In this document: one piece after another, positions 21,712 through 35,086 of the stretch
How the letters are laid out: the number at the start of each line of letters is the position of its first letter
Position numbering within the stretch: the first letter of the stretch is position 1
NCBI GenBank assembly: GCA_964016885.1
Contig: OZ024756.1
Location: 27,652,001 to 27,716,000, forward strand
Length of the DNA: 64,000 nt
Direction of reading: 5' to 3'
Origin: Eledone cirrhosa
Taxonomy: Eukaryota
Notes under the pieces: generated by a model
What the model was told of the DNA's origin: nothing
The model's input: the letters and a program-made list of their open reading frames with translations, nothing else
Database searches by the model: none
Translations under genes and position numbers: made by a program

Positions 21712-21842
21712 GAGGTTATATTTAATTTGCTGGGATTCAACAAGCTTAAACATTTTTATAACTGATATAAAGCACTCAACAATTTAGTGGAGTAAATATA
21801 CAATATATTAATAAATGGAAACTATATTTATAAAACCATATT

Positions 21843-21908
21843 TATTTTATTATACATATTTCAAGGACCACCAAGGCAAATTATGGTGCGCTTTCATCAG
21901 ATAAAATA
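21843..21908 (-). ncRNA. Minimal type I hammerhead ribozyme (left arm)
   Basis: Reverse-complement copy of the motif at 22059-22124. Confidence 0.75.
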
Positions 21909-22058
21909 CAGATTTGTTTTATAAATAAATATTGACATACCCGGAAAAAAAGACGACCTCAACGGTTGGAGCTTCCTGAAAGCTATCCAGGAAGCTCCAA
22001 CCGTTAAGGTTGTCTTTTTTTTCCGGGTATGTCAATATTTATTTATAAAACAAATCTG

Positions 22059-22124
22059 TATTTTATCTGATGAAAGCGCACCATAATTTGCCTTGGTGGC
22101 CCTTGAAATATGTATAATAAAATA
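22059..22124 (+). ncRNA. Minimal type I hammerhead ribozyme (right arm)
   Basis: Stem I UAUUUUAU/AUAAAAUA; CUGAUGA 22067-22073; stem II AAG.GCACCA..UGGUG.CCCUU; GAAA 22105-22108; short stem III; UA cleavage site at 22115-22116. Confidence 0.78.
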
Positions 22125-22192
22125 AATATGGTTTTATAAATATAGTTTCCATTTATTAATATATTGTATATATATATATATATATATATATA

Positions 22193-22247
22193 CCCATGCA
22201 AGCGTGGAAGATGGACGTTAAACGATGATGATGATGATGATGATGAT
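22193..22247 (+). mobile_element. RTE-type LINE/SINE 3' tail with (GAT)n
   Basis: CCCATGCAAGCGTGGAAGATGGACGTTAAAC(GAT)n; reverse relatives near 58630 and 59405. Confidence 0.55.
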
Positions 22248-22271
22248 ATATATATATATATATGTGTGTAT

Positions 22272-22352
<81 letters not shown>

Positions 22353-22407
22353 GTAGAGGTATTGGATAGCCGGTTCATGTTATTCTTCACTCATTTACTA
22401 TATATAC

Positions 22408-22444
<37 letters not shown>

Positions 22445-22697
22445 TAAATATATATATATATAGATAAATTTCTATTTATTTGCCACGAGGGCACAAAAGA
22501 AGGGGACAAATACACAGTGGGGGAGTTTACATAAATAGAGTAAAGAAAAAGGAATAACAATAATAATATAACAATAAAAAGTCCTCAAAAGGGAGGGGGC
22601 GTGTTGGGGATTGCACATACCCCCGAAAAGTGTGCAACTCTTTTCGCGGGGGAAGCCCAGAGAGGAGGCGCTCCCCCTTTCCTCTTCACTTCTTCAC

Positions 22698-25600
22698 CTA
22701 CAGAACAATGTAGAGAGAAGGCCCATTTACACGGGCCATTCTCGCTTCTTTCACCCACCTTTCATAAAACTGTCTGGGACCAAGCACTTCTCTCTCCATC
22801 CTGATCCTTCTTCCGAAGTGGTATCGGAAGAAGTAAACCAGGTGATGGCCGGAGAGAAAGTCACCCGACCTCAGACCTTTCAGGCGCGTCCACCACACAA
22901 CCTCTTTCATCATGGCTATTACGCACAGAAAGACCGCCTCTGCTTCATTTCTGAAGGGAGGAGGCGGCTTGATGTTCACCACAGACTCGGCGGTTAATCG
23001 AATCGGCGCCACACGCGACAGCAGTCGTTCGACGTAGCCCCACAGATCGGCAACGCCCGGGCAGTGTACCAGTGCATGCGCAACGGTTTCCTCGTCGCGC
23101 ACGCATCTGGGACAGATCTTTTTCGCGGGATCCCTGCCCGGGCGCCCGTGTCTGTAGAGCTTTTCTCGAACGGGCAGAGCCCCCCGGTAACACTGCCAGG
23201 CTAGGGACCTCTGGAAGTTGTCCATGGGTCCCGGGCCGAAAGTTCTACCGAACAGGCTGGCCAGTTCGGCCTCCTCCATGCCTAGCGACTCTCCAAGGGT
23301 GTCGTCGCCCTTGCTAGCCACCAACCCTCTATAGAATGTCGAGGTGGATTCTCCACTGATAGTCGGGTCCGCTTGCCAGATAGCCGTGAGCGCCTGGGCA
23401 CACTCGGTGTGCCAGTTGCCCAGTTTTCTCGGTCTTTGCTTCACCCAGGATTGCAGTTCGGTGAGCGAGACGAGCTGTGGGAAGGCTCGCCTCACAAACG
23501 GGGCCCACACCGGCTGACCGTTGAGGAATACCTGTAGATGCCGTAGCCTCAATGCGTGCCTACGCATCAACAGCCACGGCATACCCAGCCCTCCTTTCGA
23601 AGGGTGCTGGCAGCAGATGGATCTCCTCACCATGGGAGGCCGCTTCTTCCAGAGGAACTGGAAGAGCATGCGTTCCATGATGGTGAGCTTTTCCTTGGGG
23701 CAAGGCACGACGGTCAGGCGGTAGTAGATGACGGACGCTATGTAAGCGTTTGTCACCTCCGCCCGACATTTCAGTGATAGTTTGCACTTGGCCCACTTCT
23801 GGGTCAGCGCAAACACCCTGCTCGTCACCTCGCCCCAATTCTTCTCCACCTGGAGGTCCGGTCCGAACCAGACCCCGAGCAGCTTCACCTGGCCCTCCGT
23901 CCACCGCCCGACGACACCGTCTAACGGCATCGGTTTGCCCCTCCACGTTCCGAGTTGCAAACCGACTGACTTGTCCTGGTTCAGCCTAGCCCCCGTCAGC
24001 CTTTCGTATTCCCCCAGTAGGGTGGCGATCGCCCCGATTTCCGAGGCGTCCGCCACCATTACTGTTACGTCGTCGGCATAGGCCGAGACCGCTTTGTGCA
24101 ATCCCGGTTCCAGGGGTATGCCCCGCAGCAACTCCAACTTCCGCAGCAGTGGCTCGAGAGTCAATACGTACAGAAGGGAGGAGAGGGGGCACCCCTGTCT
24201 GATGGACCGGGTGATTTGAAACGGCTCCGAGAGGTAGCCGTTTACTTTAATCCTAGAGTAGATGTTGCCACTGTGCATGGCAGAAATCCAGCCCCTGAAA
24301 ACGGGTCCGAAGCCCGCCGCCGCTAGCACCGCATCCAGGTAACCATGGTCGACCCTATCGAACGCCTTAGATTGATCCAAGTTGATCAGGGCCCCACCAA
24401 AGCCGGGTTCGTTGCCAACCCTCTCTATGATGTATCGCATGAGGTGGAGGTTGTCGTGAATGGACCTGGACGGGATAGCGCATGTCTGCGCGTCTCCCAC
24501 CAAACCACCCACCACAAGCGCCAACCTCTTCGCCAACACCTTGGCCAAAATCTGTAACTCTGCATTCAGCAGAGTTATGGGCCTAAAGTTACTTAAGTCG
24601 TCCCCCTTGCTCTCGTCCTTCCTCACTAGCGTGACCACGCCCTTGGTCACAGAACAGGGAATTCTCCCGTTCTGTTGCCAGTTGCAATAGACAGCCTCGA
24701 GGAGTTCGGAGAACAAGACCGGCATAGCCAAATAAAGTTCGTATGGTAGACCATCGAGACCCGGAGATTTGCGTCTGCTGCATTGGCTGAGCGCTTCCCC
24801 GATTTCAGTGGCTGTGATTGGCCTTTCGCAGCACTCCGCTTCGCCGCTCGAAAGACGCGGTAGACCGTCGAGGTATGGACCGAAGTCCACATCCCCGTCC
24901 GGCCCCCCGCCCCCTCCGAACAGTCGAGCAAAGTGCCTTTGAAAGGCCTCGCACATTCGCTCAGGTTCAAGGATCACCCGTCCATCCTGGTCTCGCAAAG
25001 ACCGAATGGTGGATTTAATCCCACTCTTGGCTTCTGTTACGCGGGCCCAGCTAACAGCTTTGGTCCCCTCGTTTCCTAAAGCACGTATTTTACTTCGGAC
25101 AACGCAGCCTTCGTGCTTCGCGTCAAAGAACTGGCTCAACGCCGTTCTCGCCGCTAACACTCTGGCTACGTCTCCGCTCCTAATCGCCTCTTCTAGTTTA
25201 TCTGTTAACTCCCTTTCCTTCCTATTTCTATTCGCCGCTAGTTCCTTACTGTAACCTATCGAACTTACTCTAATCTCTCTCTTTAGAGATACCCACCACC
25301 TACTGTTGACGATCGCTCCCGTCAACCGCATCTTAACTAAGCTACTAATCCGGTTCCTGTAATCTTTCTTTGCCGGCAAGGACAAGTTCATCTTCCAGTA
25401 ACCGGGACCCTGTCTATGCGTTCTATCAAGGTTGACCACGCAGGTCACTAATTTGTGATCTGAATAGCCAACCATGATCAATTCTGGACAACTAAATACG
25501 TCCCTATCCTTACTCCTAACCAAAAACCTATCTAGGTACGATCTAGATTGTCCACTGCGGTTTGCCCAGGTCCAGGTTGGCGCAGTTGGACAATCTAGTC

Positions 25601-26137
25601 GAAATCTATCGACCAGGTCGAATCGATCGAGTAACCCCTTGAGGCTGCTACACCCCCCTCTATCGGGACATGCCCCTGCATAGTCCCAACGCGCATCTAG
25701 GATTCCATTCCAGTCCCCCACTAAAAGCAGGGAACGCGACGTTCCTAGAAAAGTCTCCAGTCGCTGGAAGAAGTCGGCTCTTTCAGCCCCGAAGGGGGCA
25801 TAAAGACCGACCAGTCTGAAAGCCCCACCTTCACCGCCTCCAACGTCCAGCACCAGTAATCGACCCCTCGGGTCCGAGTGAACAATCTGTACGTCGAGAG
25901 CCAGACGTTTATCCAGCAGTACGGCAACTCCCCCCCCCCGCCTCCGGGTTGACAGAGAGATGCGTGCATCTCAAAGTCATCGAAGGCGGGAGCCAGCTGT
26001 CGCACGCTGCTGATCCGACTCTCGCAAACAACCATCACATCTATACTTCGTGACCTGAGGTCACTTAGTAGCTTTGCTTGCTTCCAAGCTGAGCCCAGGC
26101 CACGCGCGTTCAAACAGCCAACTCTCAATTGATCTAT
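22698..26137 (-). pseudogene. B1 ORF2 (APE-RT-Zn), disrupted
   Basis: Start apparently ATG>ATA (IDQLRVGC vs B2 MDVLRVGC); frameshift at the G homopolymer ~25930-25939; SDH, YADD and CPRC motifs intact. Confidence 0.92.
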
Positions 26138-27960
26138 TTTGGTGTTGAAAGTGAAGAAAGAAAAGCACCTACCTCTCCGGGCTGTGTAATTTCCATGGCG
26201 TCAGGTGTGTTGGGTGGAGGGATGTTTTGTGGTGGTGTGGGGGTGCCCGAGTGTGGTGGGGTTGGGGTGTTTGGAGTTGTGTCAGGGAGAGGGGAGGTTA
26301 TGGGGAAATCTTTCAAGAGGACGCGATTTAACGGTTTTAAACAGGGGGGGGGGGGGCTCACGTCCTGTCTAAATTGTTCTTTTAAGGAACGATAAAGGTC
26401 CAGAGGGACCTTTATCATTTTTAAATGGGTGAAGTTCTCTGTTGAGATAAAGTTTGGCCCCTCGGTCTGCACCAAAGGGCTATTGTTTATTAATTTAAAC
26501 AGTTTTTTGTTTTCTTTATTTATATATGTGTATTGCAATGTCTTTTTTTGTGATGCTGTCAATGTTTCGGAGAGGGGAGGCGCAGATTTATTTTTGTTTG
26601 TTGAGGGTGGGGTGCTTTTTATTGGAGTTGGTGTTTGTGTGTGGGTTATTTGTGGTGTGCTGGGTGTGTGCTTTCTTTTTTTTCTTTTAACTTGTCTGAA
26701 GGCTTCTCCTCCTTCTTCTTCAGAAGTTGGGGGAAACTCTTCAGCGCTAGGTGGGAGGGACGTCGTGTCTGGTTGTTTTTTTTTTGCGGGAGGGGTAGAT
26801 TTGTTGCTGTTTTTTTTATTATTTGTTTGGAATGCGTTTTGTGGTGGTGGTGGTGCTGTTTGTGTCATGCTTGTGGTTGGTGGTGGTGGTGTTTGTGTTG
26901 GTGATGGTGGTGGTGATTTTTGTGTCGTGCTTGTGTTTGGTGCTGGTGGTGGTGATGTTTGTGTTGTGCTTGGTGGTGTTTGTATTTTGTTTGCTGTGTG
27001 TGGTATTAGTGTATTTTTGGAGGTGGGTGGTGTTGGTGTACTGTTTGTGGTGGGTGTGGGCAATAGTCCTTTTTGGGGGACACGTTTCGGGCAGTTAGCC
27101 TTAATGTGTCCCCTTTCCGTGCATAAATAGCATGCTGGTCTTCTCCCCTCTACAATTATATCTATTGGGGTGAGCTCATCCAGCCAGATGCGATCCGGGA
27201 TTTGTGCTATTCTTTCGGGCCTCATTTGGACTAGTAGGTCGAGGCCCATTCCCAGGAACGCATCTCCGGATGCCTTCCCCATTGACAGCACTGTGTCCTC
27301 GCCCATGTCTATGAAGCCAGCAATAGCCCACCAGAAGTCCATTGTGGGCAGCATTGTTTGTATTTTTACTCTCTGTGTTCTTCTACCCATGTAGGAGGGA
27401 TAGAAGCTGTATGTTGTCGATGAGAGTGGGCTTAGGGAAAGCTTCTCCGCCGTTTCCTTGTCTTTTGTTAGGACCGAAATGCTGCCATAGAGTCGGTCCT
27501 TTCGTATGAAGAGAATATTCTTCATATAGTCTTTTAGGACCAACTCTATCTCCATTTAGCTGGGCTGTGCTGGCTTTCTTGTTTGGTTTAGGATTGTTCT
27601 GAAGAGAACTGTGTTCTCTGTTCTCGCTTTCTTGAATTCTGGGGGGGAGTTAATGGAAAACATTCCGTTCTCCCCCAAAACAATGTGTTTCTTTGCTTCG
27701 GCCAGTTTTTCTCTGGCGGCCGTTAGGTCAATTGGTGTGTATGTAATGGATTGTTTTATTTTCTGGGCGAAAGTTGCCCTGTTGTTATTTGTATTATTTT
27801 CTGTTTGTTTGTTTTCCGTTTGCTCATTTTCCTTAACATTTGTTTTTTTATTTTCTTTGTTTGTTTCGTTGTCTAATTTTGTTGTAATTATTTTTTGTTC
27901 TTCAGACTTGGGGGGCGTGGCAGAGCTAATGGCAGACATGTCTGCCATCTTTTCCGCCAT
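26134..27960 (-). pseudogene. B1 ORF1, one in-frame stop
   Basis: Segments 27556-27987 and 26134-27555 are in frame across a TAA (QPS*M vs B2 QPSQA); knuckle CYLCTERGHIKANC. Confidence 0.9.
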
Positions 27961-28388
27961 GCTGCCAAGAACGAAATTTTTCGGCAAAAATAGATATTCA
28001 TTTTACCCCCTAAAAAGGGGGTAAATGCAAAAATGTTTCCCTAAATAACAGGGGTTAGTGTTCCAAATGTGTTGCACTGAAAAATGTATCCGGTACTTAC
28101 AATAGTAAGGGTAAATCCCGATGGAATAGCGGAGCCGATGTGAAGCGTGTCTTACTCTATCAAGATAGATAGATTTCTTTATTTACCATAAAGGCATAAA
28201 AAGAAGGGACAAATACAAAGGGGGAGTTTACATATAATCGAGTAAAAAGGGTGTAACATGAAAATAATCGAAAATAACCTCAAAAGGGAGGGGACGTGAT
28301 GAGGGTTGCACACACCCCCGAAAAAGTGTGCAATCCTTTGCCCGGGGAGCACATGGAGAAGGTGCTCCCCTCTCCTTTACTTCTTTAC

Positions 28389-31300
28389 CTACAGGATGGT
28401 ATACAGAGAAGGCCCATTTACACGAGCCATTCTCGCCACTATCACCCACCTTTCATAAAACTGCCTGTGGCCAAGCACCTCTCTCTCCATTCTTATCCTT
28501 CTTCCGAAGTGATATCGGAAGAAGTAGACCAGACTATGGCCAGAGAGGAAGTTGCCTGACCTCAGACCTTTCAATCGTGTCCACCAAACAACCTCTTTCA
28601 ACATGGCTATTACGCACAGAAAAACCGCCTTTGCTTCCTTTGTGAAGAGGGGAGGCGGTTTGATTGTCATCACGGACTCGGCGGTCAATTTAATCGGCGC
28701 CACCCGCGACAGCAGTCGTTCGGCGTAGCCCCACAGATCAGCCACGCCCGGACATTGCACCAATGCGTGGGCAACGGTTTCTTCGTGACGCACGCATCTA
28801 GGGCAAATCTTTTTTGAGGGATCCCTGCCCGGGCGCCCGTGTCTGTAGAGCCTCTCTCGAACGGGTAGAGCCCCCCGGTAGCACTGCCAGGCCAGTGACT
28901 TCTGGAAGTTGTCCATTGGTCCTGGGCCGAAAGTCCTACCGAACAGGCTGGCCAGTTCGTCTTCTTCCATGTCCAGCGACTCTCCAAGGGTGTCATCGCC
29001 CCTGCTAGCCACCAGCCCTCTATAGAATGATGAGGTGGATTCTCCACGGATGGCCTGGCCCGCTTGCCAGAGAGCCCTGAGCGCCTGAGCACACTCAGTG
29101 TGCCAGTCTCCCAGTTTTCCGGATCTTTGCTTGACCCAGGACTGTAGCTCAGTGAGCGAGACGAGTCTCGGAAAGGCTCGTTTCACGAACGGAGCCCACA
29201 CCGGTTGACCAGTGAGGAATACCTGTAGGTGCCGTAGCCTTAATGCGTGCCTACGCATCATCAACCACGGCATCCCCAGCCCTCCTTTCGAAGGTTGTTG
29301 GCAGCAGATGGATCTTCTCACCATAGGAGGACGCTTCTTCCAAAGAAATTGGAAGAGCATGCGTTCCATGGTGGTGAGTGTTTCCTTAGGGCAAGGCACG
29401 ACAGTCAGGCGGTAGTAAGTGACGGACGCTATGTAAATGTTCGCCACCTCCGCCCGGCCTTTTAGGGACAGCTTACACTTGGCCCATTTCTGGGTTAGTG
29501 CAAACACCTTGTTCGTAACCTCGTTCCAGTTCTTTTCCACCTGGAGGTCCGGTCCAAACCAGACCCCAAGCAACTTTACCGGGCCCTACGTCCAGTGTCC
29601 GACGACACCGCCAGGAGGCATCGGTCTGCCTCTCCACGTTCCGAGTTGCAGCCCGATGGATTTTTCCCGGTTCAGTTTCGCTCCTGACAACCTTTCGTAC
29701 TCCTCCAGTAAGGTACCGATCGCCTCGATCTCCGAGTCGGTTGATACCATTACTGTTACGTCATCGGCGTAGGCCGACACCGCTTTGCTCAATCCTGGTT
29801 CCAGGGGGATACCCTGCAACAACTCCAACTTCCTCAGTAAAGGCTCGAGAGTCAATACGTACAGAAGGGAGGAGAGAAGGCACCCCTGTCGAATGGATCG
29901 TGTGATTTCGAACGGCTTCGAAAGGTAGCCGTTCACCTTGATCCTAGAACAGATGTGGTTGCTATGTAGGGCAGTGATCCAGCCTCTGAAAACAGGACCG
30001 AACCCAGCCGCCGCTAGCACCGCATCCAGGTAACCATGGTCGACCCTATCGAAGGCCTTAGACTGATCCAAGTTGATCAGGGCCCCACCGAAGCCGGGTT
30101 TGTTGCCAACCCTCTCTATGATGTATCGCATGAGGTGGAGGTTATCGTGAATGGACCTGGATGGGATAGCACATGTCTGCGCATCTCCCACCAGGCGACC
30201 CACGACAAGCGCCAACCTCTTTGCTAACACCTTGGCCAAAATCTTTAACTCTGTGTTTAGCAGGGTTATGGGCCGACAATTATTTATACTATCCCCCTTG
30301 TTCTCGTCCTTCCTCACCAGCGTGACTACGCCCTTGGCTACAGAACAAGGAATTCTCCCGTTCTGCTGCCAATTGCAGTAGACCGCTTCGAGGAGTTCGG
30401 AGAAGAAGACCGGCATTGCTAAATAAAGTTCGTAAGGTATACCATCGAGACCTGGAGATTTGCGTCTGCTGCATTGGCTCAGCGCATCTCCGATCTCATC
30501 AGCCGAGATTGGTCCCTCGCAGGACTCTGCCTCTTCGTTCGAGAGACGCGGCAGGTCGTCGAGGTATGGACCGAAATCCACGCCCCCGCCCGGACCCTTG
30601 CCTCCCCCGAACAATCGGGCAAAGTGCCTTTGAAAGGCATCGCACATCTGCTTAGGCTCCCGGATCACCCGTCCACCTTCGTCTTGCAACGACCGGATGG
30701 TGGATCGATTTCCACTCTTAGCTTCTGTCACGCAGGCCCATCCAACGGCTTTGGCCCCCTCATTACCTAGAGCACGTATTTTACTTCGAATGACGCAGCC
30801 TTCGTGCTTTGCATCGAAAAACTGGTTCAAGGCCGTCCTCGATGCCAGCACTCTGGCCACATCTTCGCTCTTGATTGCCTCTTCTAATTTACCTGTTAAT
30901 TCTTTCTCGTTTCTATTCCTATCGGCAGCTAACATCTTGCTATAACTTATTGATTCTGTTCTAATTTCCCTTTTGAGAGATGCCCACCATCGGTTGTTGA
31001 CGATTGCACCCGTCAACCTCTCCTTAACTAATCTGCTAATCCGGTTTCTGTAAGTCTCTTTTGCCGGTAAAGACAAATTAAGTTTCCAGTAACCGGGACC
31101 CTGTCTATGTGTTTTCTCGAGATTGACCACGCAGGTCACTAATTTGTGATCCGTGTAGCCAACCGTGCGCATTTCTGGACAGCTTAATATGTCCCTATCC
31201 TTACTTCTAACTAAGAATCTATCTAAGTACGATCTAGATTGACCACTGTGGTTTCTCCAAGTCCAGGTAGGCACAGTTGGAAAATCTAGTCGATATCTAT

Positions 31301-31828
31301 CGACCAAGTTAAAACGGTCGAGTAACCCCTTGAGGCTGTTACACCCCCCTCTATTAGGACATGCTCCTGCATAGTCCCAACGTGCATCCAGGATGTCATT
31401 CCAATCCCCCGCTAGAAGCAGGGAACGCGACGTTCCCAGAAAAGTCTCCAAACGCTGGAAGAAGTCGGGCCGTTCAGCTCCGAAAGGGGAGTAGACGGTG
31501 ACCAGTCTCAAGGCCGCACTTTCACTACTGCCAACGTCTAGCACCAACAAACGACCCCCCCCGGGTCCGAGTGCACAACCTGTACGGCAAGACCCAGGTG
31601 TTTTTGCAGCAGTACGATAACCCCACCCCCACCTCCAGGTTGACAGAGAGATGCATGCACCTCAAAGTCATCGAAGGTGGGGGCCAGCTGCCGCACGACG
31701 CTGATTCGAGTCTCACAGATAACCATTACATTTATACTACATGACCTGAGGTCATTTAGAAGCTTTGCTTGCTTCCAAGTTGAGCCCAGGCCACGTGCAT
31801 TCAAACATCCTACTCTTAACACATCCAT
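28389..31828 (-). pseudogene. B2 ORF2 (APE-RT-Zn), frameshift plus nonsense codon
   Basis: Three collinear segments 31538-31828, 29586-31550, 28389-29573; TAG replaces Glu in WTEG. Confidence 0.93.
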
Positions 31829-31861
31829 GTGGGTGGCAGAGCCAAAGGAGAGTGTAGAGAC

Positions 31862-33762
31862 CTACCTTTCCGCTTCCCGGGGTTCGGGTTGCACGACTTC
31901 CATGGGGTCGGGGGTGTTGGGTGAAGGGGTGTCTTGTGGTGGTGTGGGGTCGTCAGTGTGTGGTGGGGTTGGGGTGTTTGGAGTTGTGTTGGGGAGGGGA
32001 AGGGGAGGGGGAAAGCTTTTTAGTAGGACGCGGTTTATGGGTTTGACAGAGGGTGGTCCTACGTCCTCCTTAAAATCCTTTTTTAGTTTTTGGTAGAGGT
32101 TCATTGGGATCTTTATTAGTTTTAAATGTGGGTAGTTTTCTGACGAAACAAAGTTTACACCTTCGGTTTGTACCGAAGGATTATTGTATATGAGTTCATT
32201 TAATTTATTATTGTTTCTGTTGATGTAAGTATAGTGTAATGTCTTTTTTTCCGATGGTGTGAGTGTTTCGAAGAGGGGAGGGGCAGGTTTGGTTTTGTTT
32301 GTTGCTGGAGGGGTGTTTTCTGTTTTGTTGGATTGTGTTGAGATTTGGGTGGGGGTTGTTTGTCCTTGTGTGTTTTGCACATGTTTTCTTTTTTTCCTTT
32401 TAATCTGTCTGAAGGACTCCGTTTCTTCCTCCGAATTCGTTGGGTTATCTTCAGTGTTGGAGGGAAGAGGTATGTTTGCTGGTAATGTTTCCGTGTTGGT
32501 TTTCTTTGTGGGGGAGATGGATGTCACTATGTTAGACTGTGTTGTGTGTTGTGATGCGGTGGTTGTGTTGTTTTATTGAGTGAGAGGTTGGGTGGGCCTG
32601 TATTTTGTTTTGGGGTAATGTGTTGTGACTGTTTGTGTTGTGGTGGTGTTGTGGTTTTACTGAGGGATGGGTTGGGTGGGACTGAGTTTTGTTGTTTGTT
32701 TATCTGTTGTGGTGGTGGTGGTGGAGCTGGTGTTGGTAGCAGGGTTTTCTTTTTGTTGAGTTGGGGACAAGCGGCCTTCAGGTGCCCTCTGCCTGCACAG
32801 ATATGGCAGGACGGCCTTCTCCCCTCCACGCTAATGTTTATATACCCGTGGTCCTCTAATAGGATTCTGTCGGGTATTTGGGCGATGCGTTCAGGCTTCA
32901 TTTGTACTACCAGCTCTATACCTGTTCCACTGAACGCATTGCCTGTGGTTTTCCCAATGGAAATCACGTTGTTATTCACTGGATCGATGAAGCCAGCTAT
33001 AAGCCAGCAGTAGTCCACATCTGGCATCATTGCATCCAGCCATATGCGTTGAGTTCTTTTCCCCATATAAGATGGATAAAAGGTGAAATTTTTCGAACGA
33101 ATCGGTGACAAAGCACATTTTTTTGCCGCCGATTCGTTCTTCATGATAATTGCTAGGCTTCCATACAGTCTGTCTTTTCTTATGAAAGTGGTTTCATTAA
33201 GTACTTCTGTGAGTACTGTTTTGATATCTGCTTGAGAAGGCTGTTCAGGTTTTTTTGTACTGTTGTTGATGGTCCGAAATTTGACCGTTCGGCTTTCAAT
33301 GTCTTTCGTGAATTCTTGAGGCATTTTTACCGATAAAATACCATTCTCTCCTTCACTTATGTATTGTTTGGCGTCCGTGATCCTTCGTACCACATCTGAA
33401 ATGTTTTCCGCTATATAAGTCAAAGATTTCTTTGTTTTCTGTGCAAATGAAATCTTGTCGTCTGCTTTGTTTTCTGATATGGTGTTATTTTCAAATGTTA
33501 TTTTTGTGTTTGTTGTGTCTTTGTTTGTGTTATTAGTATTGTCATGCAATTTTTCAAATTTTTTTTTTTCGTTGTTGGAATCCAAGTCCAGATTTGTGTT
33601 TTCGTCATTTTTTTTTTTCTCCGCAGATTCGTCTGTTTTTATTTTAATTTTTCCTTCCTTCTCTATGACGTTAGTTGGGAAGGAAGGGAGGACTAAAGCG
33701 TGCGAGCTTACAACTCTTACCGCTGTCCCCCCACCACTATTTTCGTTCGCTGCGTTTAACAT
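31862..33762 (-). pseudogene. B2 ORF1, frameshifted near 32527
   Basis: Knuckle CHICAGRGHLKAAC; FIRKDRLYGS and FYPSYMG shared with B1 ORF1. Confidence 0.88.
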
Positions 33763-33995
33763 TTCTGTTAGACGATTGAAATTTTTTACACAACATTTTT
33801 TAAAACAGGTTTTAAAGGGGTAAAGATGAGCTGACCCACCGCCTGACAGTTCAGACGGAGGGTCAAGCTACACAATTGTATCAAAATTAAGTTTGAACTC
33901 AAAATTTCCTCAATAAATTTGAACAAAACTTCTGTGCGAAGTGAATGACATCCACACTGTAGAACAGACGACAGCTAGGACTATCAAGATAGATA

Positions 33996-35086
33996 TATTT
34001 CTTTATTAGCCACAGGGGCACAAAAGAAGGGGACAAATACAAAGGGGGAAGTTTACATACAATAAAAACGTGTAAAATGTTATCACAGATGGAATTTAAA
34101 AGTTAGTCGATTTTCCCCAATAGAGGGAGACAGTTTATATGGGTAACACAGACCCCCGAAAAAAATGTGCAACCCTCATCTCCAGGAGTACGAAGAGCTT
34201 GTACTCCTTTCCTCTCCTCCTCCTTTTCCTCAACCTACAGGCTGATATAGAGAGAAGGCCCATTCACTCGGGCCATTCTCGCCACTTTCACCCACCTTTC
34301 ATAAAACTTGCTGGGGTACAGCACCTCTCTCTCCATCCTGATTCTTCTTCCAAAGTGGTATTTGAAAAAAAGAATCAGTTGTTGGCCGGAGAGAAAGGTG
34401 TCTGACCTCAGCCCTTTCAACCTTGTCCACCATACAACCTCTTTCGCCATAGCTATCACACAAAGGAAAACCGCCTCTCCTTCGTTTTTGAAGGAGGGTG
34501 GCGGTTTGATCATGACAATGGACTCGGTGGTCAACTGGATTGGTCCCACCCGCGACAATAGTCGTTCCACATAGCCCCACAGGTCAGTGACGCCCGGGCA
34601 GTGTATGAATGCGTGCGCGACGGTTTCTTCGTCTCGCACGCACCTCGGACAGATCTTTTTTGCAGGGTCCCTGCCCGGGCGCCCATGTCTGTAGAGCTTG
34701 TCTCGAACTGGTAGAGCTCCTCGGTAGCACTGCCAGGCCAGGGACTTTTGGAAGTTGTCCATCGGTCCCGGGCGGAAGGTCCTACCGAACAGACTGGCCA
34801 GTTCATCTTCCTCCACGCCTAGAGTTTCACCGAGCGCGTCGTCGCACTTGCTGCGGACCAACCCTCTATAGAATGACGAAGTGGAGTCTCCACTGATCGC
34901 CGGGTCCGCCTGCCAGAGGGCTGTGAGCGCCTGAGCACATTCGATGTGCCAGTCGCCCATTTTCCTCGGTCTCTGCTTGACCCAGGACTGCAGCTCGGTC
35001 AGCGAGACGAGTCGTGGGAAGGCTCGCCTCACAAACGGGGCCCACACCGGTTGTCCGGTGAGGAATACGTAGAGATGCCGCAGCCT
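33996..35086 (-). mobile_element. 5'-truncated Tx1-clade element B3
   Basis: ORF2 C-terminal ~280 aa open (RLRHL...RVNGPSLYISL); 5' junction is a pure (CTAT)6 tract at 35087-35110. Confidence 0.95.

Larger units (their letters stand above)
21708..22170. mobile_element. Penelope-like fold-back pseudo-LTR element in (TA)n
   Basis: ~180-bp near-perfect inverted arms (21797-21978 / 21988-22170); single-arm relative at 58312-58531. Confidence 0.8.
22467..28163 (-). mobile_element. Full-length decayed Tx1-clade element B1
   Basis: 5' end TTGATAG, ORF1, ORF2, 3' end GTGGCAAATAAATAGAAATT followed by ATCTATATA. Confidence 0.95.
28172..33987 (-). mobile_element. Full-length decayed Tx1-clade element B2
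   Basis: 5' end TTGATAG; 3' end AATAAAGAAATC-TATCTATC abutting B1. Confidence 0.95.

Noticed and set aside
9118-34896. Antisense and alternate-frame ORFs over the Tx1 elements
   Set aside because: Shadows of GC-rich or low-complexity coding sequence with no recognisable motifs
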